Shown here: positions 8,647 to 18,957 of the stretch, piece by piece
Layout of the letters: every line of letters begins with the position of its first letter
Position numbering within the stretch: position 1 is the first letter of the stretch
Source: an uncultured Clostridia bacterium
GTDB taxonomy: Bacteria > Bacillota > Clostridia > TANB77 > CAG-508
Length of the DNA stretch: 64,000 bases
Direction: 5' to 3'
Assembly: GCA_944392805.1 (NCBI GenBank)
Contig: CALXXZ010000006.1
Span: 21,587 to 85,586, forward strand
The notes under the pieces: model-generated
Told to the model about the DNA's origin: nothing
Database searches by the model: none
Seen by the model: only the letters and a program-made list of their open reading frames with translations
Translations under genes and position numbers: made by a program

Positions 8647-9803
8647 ATATTTCCTCCAAGATAATTTTTTAGTTCTATCAATGCTTTTGCAGAAACTATA
8701 TAATCTTTTACAAAGTTAAATACATAATGTGATAATTTTGATGCTGGTCTGTCTAAATATATATCTTTTACAATGCAAATTCCTAATCCTTTATCAAATA
8801 ATCTATTAAGTCTTTTTCCAATCTGTATAAGGTTTTCTTCTTTCATTTTATTATATATATTTTCTGCACTTGTATGTCTCTCATTTAATTCTTTTATAAA
8901 TTCTTCAAATGTATATTCTCTATATTTATACATTTTATACATCTGTGCTGCATATTCTAATCCATATATTGTTTGTAAATTGAAGTTTTCTAACATTTTC
9001 GCAAATTCTTCTGGTTTGAAATAATACATATGTCCTTGTAATTTATTAAAACTTCTCATTGTGTCTAAATATCCTAATTTCATATTATTTATTATTCTTT
9101 CATGATTGAATTCAAATATTCCACCTAATTCCTCTGTTGGTGTTATTACTTTTACATATACATCTCTATCAAGAGTTTTTCTACTAAATCCTGCTCCTGC
9201 AATGTCTGCTATTATTAGATTTTTATATCCTTTTTCTATTAACATATTTGATGGTGCATTATCATATAATCCTCCATCATAATATTCTTCTTCTCCTATT
9301 TTTTGTGGTTTGAATATTGGGAAACATGAGCTTGCTAATAGATAGTCTACCATTTGCTCTTTTGGTATTTCATTTTTGAATTTCTGCAAAGGTGTTTTGT
9401 TTTTTACTGAATATGCTACTAATCCAAAATCTATTTCTGAATTGTAGATTTTATCTACATCTATATAATGTTCTATCATTTTTCTTAATGGTGTATTATC
9501 TATCCCTTTTTGTTTTGTATAATTTGTTGCTAAGTTTAATATGTTTGACAAATCAAATATATCTTTTTTAGTGTCTACTCCCTCTACATTCATTATGTCT
9601 TTCATTTTTATATTTTCATACATCTTTACTGTTGTGAAGAAATCGTCTTGTAAAAACATTGCTCCATTTAATGCGCCTATTGATGTTCCTACTATTGCTG
9701 TTATTTTTATTCCTAGTTCCTGCAATGCTTTCCATACTCCTACTTGATATGCTCCTCTTGTTCCTCCACCCACTAAAACTAAACCATATTCTTTATTTTC
9801 CAT
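8643..9803 (-). CDS. Patatin-like phospholipase
   Basis: 386 aa. Oxyanion-hole motif GGGTRGAYQVG and nucleophile elbow GTSIG (GxSxG) are present. Confidence 0.8.
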   Translation of the reverse strand: MENKEYGLVLVGGGTRGAYQVGVWKALQELGIKITAIVGTSIGALNGAMFLQDDFFTTVKMYENIKMKDIMNVEGVDTKKDIFDLSNILNLATNYTKQKGIDNTPLRKMIEHYIDVDKIYNSEIDFGLVAYSVKNKTPLQKFKNEIPKEQMVDYLLASSCFPIFKPQKIGEEEYYDGGLYDNAPSNMLIEKGYKNLIIADIAGAGFSRKTLDRDVYVKVITPTEELGGIFEFNHERIINNMKLGYLDTMRSFNKLQGHMYYFKPEEFAKMLENFNLQTIYGLEYAAQMYKMYKYREYTFEEFIKELNERHTSAENIYNKMKEENLIQIGKRLNRLFDKGLGICIVKDIYLDRPASKLSHYVFNFVKDYIVSAKALIELKNYLGGNI

Positions 9804-9943
9804 TTTTCTTCCTTCTTATTTCTTTATTTTATGTACTTATTATAGCATATTTTAATTTGTCTAGTCAATTTATTAATATTTCATTGACTTTTAGGATTTA
9901 ATAAAATATAATCATGTTGAAAAATATCAATGGAGGTGGAAAA

Positions 9944-11026
9944 ATGTCGAAAAATAGTTTAGGCATTTTAGTTCTTGATAACTTTAAAGACTTTGGTCAA
10001 AAAGTGCAAGAACATTTATCAAAAATCAGAAATACAGACGAAAATTTTTTAATCAATTTTACTGCTAGTAGATTTTCAAATGGAGAAGGAAAATTAATTA
10101 TTGAAGATACTGTTCGTGAAAAAAATTTATTTATTCTTTCTGATGTAGGAAATTATGATATAGAATATTTATATCATGGTAGAAAACATTTTATATCACC
10201 TGATGAGCATTTTATGGATATCAAAAGAGCTATTTCAGCGACATGTGGACATACTTCAAAACTTTCAGTTATTATGCCATTATTATATCATTCAAGACAA
10301 CACAGACGAAAAGCAAGAGAATCTTTAGACTGTGCAATTGCACTTCAAGAATTAGAGCGATTAGGCGTTAGTAATATTATTACTTTTGATGCTCACGATC
10401 CTGATGTTTGTAATGCAATTCCAAATTTGTCTTTTGACAACTTTTATCCTACAAATTGTGTTTTGGAACAAATGATTGAAGATGTTCCTAATATCTTTGA
10501 AAATATCTTAGTTATTAGTCCTGATATGGGTGCTATGGAAAGAGCTAGATATCATGCTGAATTAATTGGATGTGATGTAGGTGTTTTTTATAAAAGACGT
10601 GATTTAAGTAAAGTTGTTAATGGTAAAAATCCTGTTGTTGCTCATGTATATATGGGTACTGACGTGAAAGATAAAAATGTTTTGATTGTTGATGATATGA
10701 TTGCTTCTGGAGGTTCTGTTATAGATGTAGCAACAGAATTGCGCCAAAAAGGTGCAAAGAAAATTTATGTTACTTGTACTTTTGCTTTATTTACAGAAGG
10801 CATAGATAAGTTTAAAAAAGCTCATGATGATAATTTATTTGATGAATTGTATACTACTAATTTATCTTATATTCCAAAAGAATATTCTGATTTTGATTGG
10901 TTCAATGTTGTTGACCTATCAGAAATGGTTGCTCAAATCATTGATAGATTAGATAAAAAAGAGTCAGTTAGTAGTTTCTTTAATGGAAAAAGAGCTATTA
11001 TTAATAAAATAAAAAAATTGAATTAA
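9944..11026 (+). CDS. prs: Ribose-phosphate pyrophosphokinase family protein (PRPP synthetase-like, divergent)
   Basis: PRPP-binding loop VLIVDDMIASGGSV and flexible-loop region HSRQHRRKARE. The start was chosen at ATG 9944 (MSKNSLG...), which is preceded by GGAGGTGG; the track's upstream ATG at 9914 lacks a ribosome-binding site. Confidence 0.7.
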   Translation: MSKNSLGILVLDNFKDFGQKVQEHLSKIRNTDENFLINFTASRFSNGEGKLIIEDTVREKNLFILSDVGNYDIEYLYHGRKHFISPDEHFMDIKRAISATCGHTSKLSVIMPLLYHSRQHRRKARESLDCAIALQELERLGVSNIITFDAHDPDVCNAIPNLSFDNFYPTNCVLEQMIEDVPNIFENILVISPDMGAMERARYHAELIGCDVGVFYKRRDLSKVVNGKNPVVAHVYMGTDVKDKNVLIVDDMIASGGSVIDVATELRQKGAKKIYVTCTFALFTEGIDKFKKAHDDNLFDELYTTNLSYIPKEYSDFDWFNVVDLSEMVAQIIDRLDKKESVSSFFNGKRAIINKIKKLN

Positions 11027-11067
11027 CTTTTTTAAAATCGTATTCATAAAATATATTGGTGATTTTT

Positions 11068-11547
11068 ATGAATACGATTTCTTATAATAGAAATTCTGCA
11101 ATTGCTTATGCAAAAAAATGGGCACTTTCTCGAAATCCTAGATATTATAATTTTGACCCAGTTGGCGGTGATTGTACTAGCTTTGTCTCTCAATGTTTAT
11201 TTGCTGGTAGTAATAAAATGAATTATAATTTTGAAAATGGTTGGTATTATAATAATGGCTATGATAAGTCTCCTTCTTGGAGTGGCGTTGAGTTTTTATA
11301 CAAATTTCTAACTACTAATAAAGGTTATGGTCCTCGTGGTATTACTACTACTCAAGAAAATGTTGTACCTGGAGATATTGCTCAACTTTCTTTTTCTGGT
11401 ACAAAGTTTGAACATAGCTTATTTATTATTGATACTTCTAATGGTATTTCTATTGCTACTCATACTTATGATGTTCTTGGTAAAAAACTTGATGCTTATA
11501 CTTTTGCTAGGGTTAGGTTCGTGCATATTCAGGATGTTGGCGTTTAA
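11068..11547 (+). CDS. Putative amidase-domain protein (Cys-His papain-like fold, Firmicute 'putative amidase domain' family)
   Basis: ~160 aa. The conserved GGDCTSFVSQCL motif includes a candidate catalytic Cys, and a downstream His (ATHTYDV) is present. Confidence 0.4.
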   Translation: MNTISYNRNSAIAYAKKWALSRNPRYYNFDPVGGDCTSFVSQCLFAGSNKMNYNFENGWYYNNGYDKSPSWSGVEFLYKFLTTNKGYGPRGITTTQENVVPGDIAQLSFSGTKFEHSLFIIDTSNGISIATHTYDVLGKKLDAYTFARVRFVHIQDVGV

Positions 11548-11586
11548 AAAGTTACTACATAAATTTGTAGTAACTTTTTAGCTTTT

Positions 11587-12612
11587 CTATTGATTTTTTA
11601 TGTTCAATTTACTTATTAGCGCATCTGTATACATTTTTATTTTTTCCTCTGTTTCTCCATTTTTTATCATTTCTTCTTGTAATTCTTTTCTTACTATTTC
11701 TGTCATTTCTTTCCATGCTTGTTCTTTTGCTTCTTCTTCTACTGTACCCCTTAATTCTTTTATGGCTTGTTCTCTTGCTTCTTTTCTTATTGCGTCATTT
11801 TCTCTTTTTAATCTTTCTATTAATGTACTCATTTGATCATTTCCTACCTTTCCACTTATCATTTCTAATAATTCTACTTCTTCACCTTGTAGTATATCTT
11901 TTTGTATAAATATAATATAATTTTTTAATTTCATTAACTGTTTTATATCTTTCGTATTTTCTATTATCTTCTTAATGTTAGTTACCATTTCATCTTTATT
12001 AGTACTTTTTTCTATAAGCATTATGCTTGCTATATATGTTTGTTTAATCAATAACTCTTCTCTAGATATTTGGCTTATATCTATTAATTTATATTTCATA
12101 TCTATTTTGTATTCTTCATATTCTTCTTTAGATAATTCTTGCTTATCAGCAAAGTTCTTTGCCACTGACCATTTTCTTTCTCCTGTATATATTACTATTG
12201 GAACTATTGTTGGATATATTTTCTGATTACTGTTTTCTATTATTTTTCTCATTAATTCCATACAATATCTCAACATCCTATATGGCATGTTCAAATCAAC
12301 TGTTGATTGATGTTCAACAATATAATATATTTCTTCTCCTTCTTTTTTATAAACTATATCTGATAGTCTTACCTCATATTGTTCTGTTATATGTTCGGCT
12401 CCATATATTTTTAGTTTTTTGTCATCAACTTTTATATTCAAAAAATTACTAAGAAAATTTGACATTTCTTCAGGGTCTTCTAAAGCCTTTTTAAATGATT
12501 TATCATGTTTTTGTATAATCTTATTTTCTAATAATTTTTCTTCTATCCCAAAATAGTTTTTTTGTGTCAATAATACATAGTCAGCATATGTGAATTCATA
12601 TTCTCCGATCAT
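11587..12612 (-). CDS. Rpn-family recombination-promoting nuclease / putative transposase (PD-(D/E)XK, YhgA-like), paralog 1
   Basis: 341 aa. The N-terminal domain ...YKKEGEEIYYIVEHQSTVDLNMPYRMLRYC... is typical of the Rpn/Transposase_31 family, followed by a C-terminal charged helical tail. Confidence 0.7.
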   Translation of the reverse strand: MIGEYEFTYADYVLLTQKNYFGIEEKLLENKIIQKHDKSFKKALEDPEEMSNFLSNFLNIKVDDKKLKIYGAEHITEQYEVRLSDIVYKKEGEEIYYIVEHQSTVDLNMPYRMLRYCMELMRKIIENSNQKIYPTIVPIVIYTGERKWSVAKNFADKQELSKEEYEEYKIDMKYKLIDISQISREELLIKQTYIASIMLIEKSTNKDEMVTNIKKIIENTKDIKQLMKLKNYIIFIQKDILQGEEVELLEMISGKVGNDQMSTLIERLKRENDAIRKEAREQAIKELRGTVEEEAKEQAWKEMTEIVRKELQEEMIKNGETEEKIKMYTDALISKLNIKNQ

Positions 12613-12864
12613 TTATCACCTCCCTTACTAAAAATTTCAATTTTTCTTAAAATTCAAGATATAATTTTTTTCGATCTAATTGCTTGAATTAATTTTCTAC
12701 AAAATGTAGAATAAATTGATTTAATAAAATTTTGTCATTCCAAAGTTGTAAATAGTTATTGATTATAACAAAATTATATTACCACATTTTTACAAATATT
12801 TCAATAGTTTTTATATGTTTTTTATAAATAAAAAAATCGCCCAGAAAAAAACTGAGCGAAATTT

Positions 12865-13941
12865 TTATTTTACATATTCATTTAAAGGTTTAACTTTGTA
12901 AGTTAATTCTCCCATTCTTTCAGTTGGAACATATCCAGGTTCTGCATTTATAACATCAGGAATTCTGTTAACAACTGAACCGCAAGTTAATTCAACTGTT
13001 GCTGGTCTTGCTACAACTATTGTTGTATCTGGTTCACCATGAATTGTCCATTCATTTTTATCATAATCATCTTTAGAATAAACTTTTCCTATACATTCAC
13101 TTTCGATTGTAATACCTTCTTTAGTTTCTGTTGTAACTACTGCACTCATTCCTGTAGCATCTCCTGCTTTAACTGTCATATTTAGAGTTGATGAGAATAA
13201 ATCTTCTTTATAGGTTTGTGGTACACATTTTTGTCTTTGAGAAACTGCTGTTAATCCTAGTTTTTCGCATAACCAACCATTTACATTCCACATATATGAA
13301 GGTAAATATTCTCCACTATCTATTATTTTTTGTCTTTCTTCATCACTTATTTTATCAACTGAAGCAACTTCTTTATCAAAATCTTCTAATGTTAGACCTG
13401 CACCATGTGCTTTTGCTAATGCTATACCATATTCTTCTACATTGTAACTTGAACTTCCTGTTATTTTTGTGATTTTTTGTGTAGAACCTGCTATTGATGA
13501 TATTAATTGTCCCCAATATATATCTTGATATCCGCTTCCTGTTATTGTACAATTATTCTTTTTAGCCAATTCATCTATTTTACTTGTTAATACTGGATTA
13601 GAATTTGCTGGGAAGAATGCTTCTTCACATGTTGTAATTGCATTTATTCCTAATTCTGCACATAATAACAATGCATCTGCTGTTTCACTTAATAAACTCA
13701 TTGTTGTTACTATACATATATCTGGTTTTGTTTGTTGTAACATTTCTCTTGCATTTTCTACACTTGTAACAACTATCCCTTTATTTTCTGTTCCCAATAT
13801 TTCTCCAATGTCTTTTCCCACTACTGCTGGATTTACATCGACTGCTCCTACAATTTCTCCGCCTTTTTCATACACATATCTCATTGTGTATACGCTCATT
13901 TTGCCTACTCCATATTGTACAACTTTTACTTTTCTTTCCAT
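12865..13941 (-). CDS. DapB-like NAD(P)-dependent amine dehydrogenase (2,4-diaminopentanoate dehydrogenase-like)
   Basis: 358 aa. N-terminal Rossmann segment MERKVKVVQYGVGKMSVYTMRYVYEKGGEIVGAVDVNPAVVGKDIGEILG resembles Ord/amine dehydrogenase family members. The substrate is not assignable from sequence. Confidence 0.5.
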   Translation of the reverse strand: MERKVKVVQYGVGKMSVYTMRYVYEKGGEIVGAVDVNPAVVGKDIGEILGTENKGIVVTSVENAREMLQQTKPDICIVTTMSLLSETADALLLCAELGINAITTCEEAFFPANSNPVLTSKIDELAKKNNCTITGSGYQDIYWGQLISSIAGSTQKITKITGSSSYNVEEYGIALAKAHGAGLTLEDFDKEVASVDKISDEERQKIIDSGEYLPSYMWNVNGWLCEKLGLTAVSQRQKCVPQTYKEDLFSSTLNMTVKAGDATGMSAVVTTETKEGITIESECIGKVYSKDDYDKNEWTIHGEPDTTIVVARPATVELTCGSVVNRIPDVINAEPGYVPTERMGELTYKVKPLNEYVK

Positions 13942-13967
13942 AGAAAGACCTCCTTTTTACAAATTTT

Positions 13968-13995
13968 AGCAAGCAAATATTTTCTTTTGCTTGCT
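13968..13995 (-). terminator. Hairpin terminator
   Basis: agcaagcaaa-tattttc-tttgcttgct has a 10-bp stem. It lies between the repeat element B and the amine dehydrogenase gene. Confidence 0.5.
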
Positions 13996-14039
13996 TACAT
14001 TTTATCATATTATTTACATTTTTCAAGCTTTTTATTCTA

Positions 14040-14245
14040 AAAGAAACAGTCCTGTTTAGTTCATTTTTTTACTTATAATTATTATAAAAAGTTTATATAT
14101 TACTATGAAATAAAGCAAAGACCCCCGACGAAGACCCAGAATATGGTTTTGCTATTGAATAGTAATATATAAACTTTTCATTAAAAATAAATATAGAAAT
14201 GTACTAAAGGGGACCGTCCCTTTCAGAATAGAACCGTCCCCTTTA
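14040..14245. repeat. MITE-like structured repeat element, copy B (inverted relative to copy A; terminal repeats partly degenerate)
   Basis: It shares the ~90-bp core (tatattactattc.atagc.aaa.catattctgggtcttcgtcgggggtctt.gctttatttcatagtaatatat) with copy A. Substitutions are compensatory in both nested stems. The right arm gggacggttctattctgaaagggacggtcccc provides the last 8 codons and the stop of the nrdD ORF. Confidence 0.6.
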
Positions 14246-15800
14246 GTGTAAATCCTACATTAGTTTCTTTTCTCCATTTTTTTACTCTCTCATTCAAATA
14301 CTTCAATATTTTAGATGAAAACTCATTAGCCTCTGAATCTGTATTTGATACATCCTTCAACATTTTTACAGTTTCATCTAATCCTATATATCCTAAAGTC
14401 AAAGTAGAATTATCGTCATATAAATATTTATCTATTTTTTCACCTTTCTTTAAACGTGCTATTGCTCCATATTGCCAATGAATTGGTGATATATCTGACT
14501 TTGTTCCTAATAGTGCATAATGCCTACACATCAAAGCTTCTTTGCAAATTTCAAGTCTCTCATCTAGTAATTTCCAAAACTCTTCTTCATTTTCTTTTGT
14601 AAGTTCTGCTATTTGTAATAAATTTATACTTACTATACCTTGATTAAATCTTCCTTCATCTTTTATTTTACTAGATTGTATATATTGTAATCCAGAACAT
14701 TTAGAAGCTAATTTTTTTAAATATTCATATTTTTCATCTTCAATATTGTTATTATCATCTAAAACATATACTAGTTTTGGAATTGTCGAAGTTTCATAAA
14801 TCCCTTCCTCATTTTTTATTCCTTGCATAGTCTGTTTCAATAATTCTTCAATTATCTTTGCATTTTCTTCAACATATTCATGTTTTGTCTCTAAATGAAG
14901 TAATAATGTTACTTTTGGTGGTTGTCCATTTATTGTTGTTAGTGTATTTATTTGATATATCAACATCTGCACTCCTGCTGATAATTCTTCTTTTACCCTA
15001 TCATTTATTATTTCTTCTAATATTTCTTTTGGTATTTTTCCTCCATATTTTTCTGTTAAATTTTCTTTATACTTATTATAACTTCTTCTTAAATATTTTC
15101 CTAAATGAATTAAGTCTATTACTTCTTCTCCATATTGATTGCTTCCTACTGCTTGAATTATTCTAGTCAATACACTACATACTACTTGAAAACTTTTTGG
15201 ACTTTCTATCATTTTTCCATTTATTACTGTTCCATTGTCTAGCATATCTTCGATATTTACTATACTACTATTGAATATTGGTTGTATAAAATAATCTGCA
15301 TTGTGAAAATATAATATACCTTCTTCTTGTGCTTTAGATATTTTTTCTGGCAATAAAATTCTTCTTGTTAAATCTCTTGAGACTTCACCTGCTATATAAT
15401 CTCTTTGGTTTGCTGCAGAAAGAACATTTCTTTTTGTCCTTTCTTCTGCAACTTCTTTATCTTGATTTCTTAATAATCCTAATATTGACTCATCTGTTGT
15501 ATTCGATTTTCTTACTAATGTTCTTGTATATCTATATACTATATATTTTTTTGCAAGTTCATATCTGTCATATTCCATTAGCTTTTGTTCTATTATATCT
15601 TGAATATCTTCTACTAGAATTCTCTTTTTTCCTAGTTCTTCTATATATTCTATTATTTCATTAATCTCTTTTTTGGTTGCTTTTTCTTTTTCTTTGACTT
15701 CTCTATTTGCTTTTTGAATTGCAGTTTCAATTTTTGCTCTATCAAATTCAATTGTTCTACCATCTCTTTTTATAACTTTCATTATTTTATTTCCTCCCAA
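14223..15800 (-). pseudogene. nrdD: Anaerobic ribonucleoside-triphosphate reductase (class III RNR), C-terminally truncated; no glycyl-radical domain and no adjacent activase
   Basis: 525 aa with an N-terminal ATP-cone (MKVIKRDGRTIEFDRAKIETAIQKA) and NrdD-like core up to ...TLGYIGLDE...GFTL. The reading frame then runs into repeat element B (KGTVLF-stop is encoded by the element hairpin). No Zn-ribbon, no RxCGY glycyl-radical motif and no nrdG are present nearby. Confidence 0.55.
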
Positions 15801-15903
15801 ATTATCTAGTTTAATTATATAGTTATTTTTATTTTTTTCTGTTGCATATGCAACAATTTTGTGATATATTTTTAGTTAGATTTTTATACTTCAGGAGGTT
15901 ATT

Positions 15904-16533
15904 ATGGATGCTAATTTTGATAAAGAACTTTTTATAGAAAAATTTAAAAATAGTTGTAATAGAATTCAAATTAAAAATTTTAAGAAGAATGAAATTGTTA
16001 CTACTTATATTGAGAAACGTAATCAAATTTGTATTGTCTTGTCTGGCGAAGTTGATTTAATTAGATATGATTCTAATGGAAATAAGACTATTATTGGACA
16101 TTTTGTGGTTTCTGATGTTTTTGGTGAAGTTTTCTACCCAGCTAATACAAATAATGAACTTTTTGTTATAGCTAGAAAAAACTCTGAAGTCCTATTTTTT
16201 ACTTATGATACTCTTTTTAATAAATGTAGGCGTAATTGTGATTTTCATAAAGAACTTACTAGTAATCTGACTGAATTATTTTTAGACCAAATTATTAATT
16301 TGAATTTACGTATAGAACTTCTTACAAAGCGTACTATTAGAGAAAAAATACTTGCTTATTTTGATATACTTTCTAAACGTTCTATTCGCCGTTCTTTTAC
16401 TTTGCCTTTTTCTTATACTGATTTAGCTGATTTTTTGAGCATTGATAGAAGTGCTATGATGAGAGAACTAAAACTTCTTATTGATGAAGGTTTTATTAAA
16501 AAACATGGTAGTAAAATTACTTTGACTTTCTAA
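15904..16533 (+). CDS. Crp/Fnr-family transcriptional regulator
   Basis: 209 aa with a cNMP-binding beta-roll followed by a C-terminal HTH (SYTDLADFLSIDRSAMMRELKLLIDEGFI). GGAGG ribosome-binding site upstream. A terminator follows at 16540-16572 (aaaaatggacttt...agtccatttttt). Confidence 0.8.
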   Translation: MDANFDKELFIEKFKNSCNRIQIKNFKKNEIVTTYIEKRNQICIVLSGEVDLIRYDSNGNKTIIGHFVVSDVFGEVFYPANTNNELFVIARKNSEVLFFTYDTLFNKCRRNCDFHKELTSNLTELFLDQIINLNLRIELLTKRTIREKILAYFDILSKRSIRRSFTLPFSYTDLADFLSIDRSAMMRELKLLIDEGFIKKHGSKITLTF

Positions 16534-16980
16534 AAAATGGACTTTCTATTAAATTAGTCCATTTTTTATTTTTATTTTTGAAATCTCTTGTCAAAATTGG
16601 TAAAAGATGTTAAAATATTTACATATTAGATTTTCATTTAATTTTTTTATTACTTTTTATTTTCAAAAATTTTATATCAAATTTTAAATCAAATTAGAAA
16701 AAATATATCAGCAAGGAGGTGGTTCCCTTTATTTAATATGTCTTTTATTTATTAATAGAAAATTTTTAAAGGAGGAATTTTTATCGAAGAATATGAATTT
16801 ACATATTGGGATTATTTAAAATGTATTGGTAAATATGATGAATTTGTATATCAAGAATCTGAGGAAACTCTTTTATCAGTACATGAAGATATTGAAGAAT
16901 ATCAAGTAGATAATGATATTGTAAAAAATGATAAAAAACATGATAAAATTTTTAAAACATTACTACAAGATAAAAACGAA

Positions 16981-17850
16981 ATGGCAAAGTTTTTAAATCA
17001 TTTTATAGGATTAAATATTAATCCTAATGACTTAGAATTACAAAATCCCAATTTTATAACTAGAAATTACAAATATAATCAAGCTGATATTTTATACAAA
17101 TTAAAGGATAGAAATGTTTATTATTTAATTGAGCAACAAACTTGTGTCGACTACTCAATGGCTTACCGAATATTAAATTATTGTATAGAAACTATTAGAT
17201 TAGCCATTAAAGACGAAAATATAAATAATAAATTTTACAAATTTCCTAAAATTATACCTATTGTTATATATATCGGAAACATAAAATGGACTGCTAGTAC
17301 CTCATTTGCCAATTGTGAGGTAGAATATCCTGATTTTAATTTTAATTCACTTGAGACAAAATTTAAATTGATTGATATAAATAATTTTGAAATTGAAGCT
17401 TTACTAAGGTTAAAAACTATGATTGCAAATACAATGATTTTAGAAAAAAGTAAAAATAATGATGAAGTTGTTGAAAATTTAAAGAAAATCACAAAAAATT
17501 TAACTAGCCAAAAAAGTAAAATGAAAGAATTGAAACGAATTGTTAGTTACTTATATGAAAACATGAAAAATATTAAAGAAATTTTAAATTTAATTGAAGA
17601 AAGTGAGGATGATGCAAATATGAGCACTGTTGCTGAAAGATTAAGAGAAGAATATAAAAATGAAAGATTAATTGGAATTTCCCAAGGAATTTCTCAAGGA
17701 ATTTCTCAGGGTATTGCTCAAGGTCTTTCGCAAATTATAAAAAACATGTTAAATTACAACGTTCCTGAAGAAGATATAATTAGATACACTCATGTGGACA
17801 AAAAACAGTTTGACAAAATAAAAAAAGAATATGAAAATGAATCTAAATAA
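16981..17850 (+). CDS. Rpn-family recombination-promoting nuclease / putative transposase, paralog 2 (as called from the first ATG; the reading frame and homology extend a further 74 codons upstream to ~16759)
   Basis: 289 aa from the ATG. It is homologous to paralog 1 across the PD-(D/E)XK core. The upstream in-frame segment ...GGIFIEEYEFTYWDYLKCIGKYDEF... matches the paralog 1 N-terminus MIGEYEFTYADYVLL, but there is no ATG/GTG/TTG. GGAGG sits 7 nt before an ATC codon at 16783. Confidence 0.6.
   Translation: MAKFLNHFIGLNINPNDLELQNPNFITRNYKYNQADILYKLKDRNVYYLIEQQTCVDYSMAYRILNYCIETIRLAIKDENINNKFYKFPKIIPIVIYIGNIKWTASTSFANCEVEYPDFNFNSLETKFKLIDINNFEIEALLRLKTMIANTMILEKSKNNDEVVENLKKITKNLTSQKSKMKELKRIVSYLYENMKNIKEILNLIEESEDDANMSTVAERLREEYKNERLIGISQGISQGISQGIAQGLSQIIKNMLNYNVPEEDIIRYTHVDKKQFDKIKKEYENESK
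17675..17734 (+). repeat. 12-bp tandem repeat x5 inside the Rpn paralog 2 coding sequence (GISQ peptide repeat)
   Basis: ggaatttcccaa ggaatttctcaa ggaatttctcag ggtattgctcaa ggtctttcgcaa encodes GISQGISQGISQGIAQGLSQ. Confidence 0.7.
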
Positions 17851-17966
17851 TTATAAAAAATACCAATATTAGCTCTTGCCTTTTATTGGTATTTTTTATT
17901 CAAAACAATCTCCAAAAAAGAAATAAATTCATATAATTGAATATATTTAAATATAAGGAGGCTCAC

Positions 17967-18956
17967 ATGAAAAAATATAAATTAGCAATTGTAGGATCTA
18001 CCGGTTTAGTAGGTAGAACTGCTCTAAAGGTATTGGAAGAAAAAAATATCCCAAACATTGAATATACATTATTCTGTTCCTCAAAATCTGCAGGTCAAAA
18101 AATAAACTTTTTAGGCAAAGAATATATAGCAAAAGAATTAAAAGAAGATTCATTTGATGAAGGCTTTGATTTTTCAATATTTTCTGCAGGTGGAGAAACA
18201 TCAAAACACTTTGCACCAATAGCAGTTTCAAAAGGTTGTATAGTAATAGATAATAGTAGTACATTTAGAATGGAAAATGATGTGCCATTAGTAGTTCCAG
18301 AAGTCAATTTTCAAGATGCATTAAACCATAAAGGAATTATTGCAAACCCAAATTGTTCTACAATTCAAGCAGTTGTAGCATTAAAACCCTTAGACGACAA
18401 ATTTAAAATCAAAAGAATAGTTTATTCAACATATCAAGCAGTATCAGGAGCAGGAAAACTCGGTTTAGAAGATTTAAAAAATGTTTCTAAAGATAAGCCA
18501 CTTTTAAAATTCTCTCATCCTATTTATGATAATTGCCTACCACATATTGATTCTTTTCTAATAAATAGATATACTAAAGAAGAAATGAAACTAATTAATG
18601 AAACAAGAAAAATTTTAGGTCATCCATATCTGCCAATTACAGCAACTGCAGTTCGTGTACCAGTTACAAATTGTCATGGAGAATCAATTAATATTGAATT
18701 TGAAAAACCTTTTGAAATTGAAGAAATTATTTCAACTTTGAAAAACTCGCCAGGAATTATTGTCAAAGATGATATAAAAAATAATGTTTATCCAACATCA
18801 GAAATTGCAAATGGACATGACGAAGTTTGTGTTGGTAGAATACGTAAAGATTACAGTATTAAAAATGGACTTAATTTGTGGGTTGTAGCTGACAATCTTA
18901 GAAAAGGAGCTGCAACTAATGCAATTCAAATTATGGAAAAATTAATGGAGGTGTAA
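17967..18956 (+). CDS. asd: Aspartate-semialdehyde dehydrogenase
   Basis: KLAIVGSTGLVGRT Rossmann motif, active-site region GIIANPNCSTIQ, and ...QAVSGAG. The start was chosen at ATG 17967 (MKKYKLAIVG), preceded by AAGGAGG. Confidence 0.9.
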   Translation: MKKYKLAIVGSTGLVGRTALKVLEEKNIPNIEYTLFCSSKSAGQKINFLGKEYIAKELKEDSFDEGFDFSIFSAGGETSKHFAPIAVSKGCIVIDNSSTFRMENDVPLVVPEVNFQDALNHKGIIANPNCSTIQAVVALKPLDDKFKIKRIVYSTYQAVSGAGKLGLEDLKNVSKDKPLLKFSHPIYDNCLPHIDSFLINRYTKEEMKLINETRKILGHPYLPITATAVRVPVTNCHGESINIEFEKPFEIEEIISTLKNSPGIIVKDDIKNNVYPTSEIANGHDEVCVGRIRKDYSIKNGLNLWVVADNLRKGAATNAIQIMEKLMEV

Positions 18957-18957
18957 T

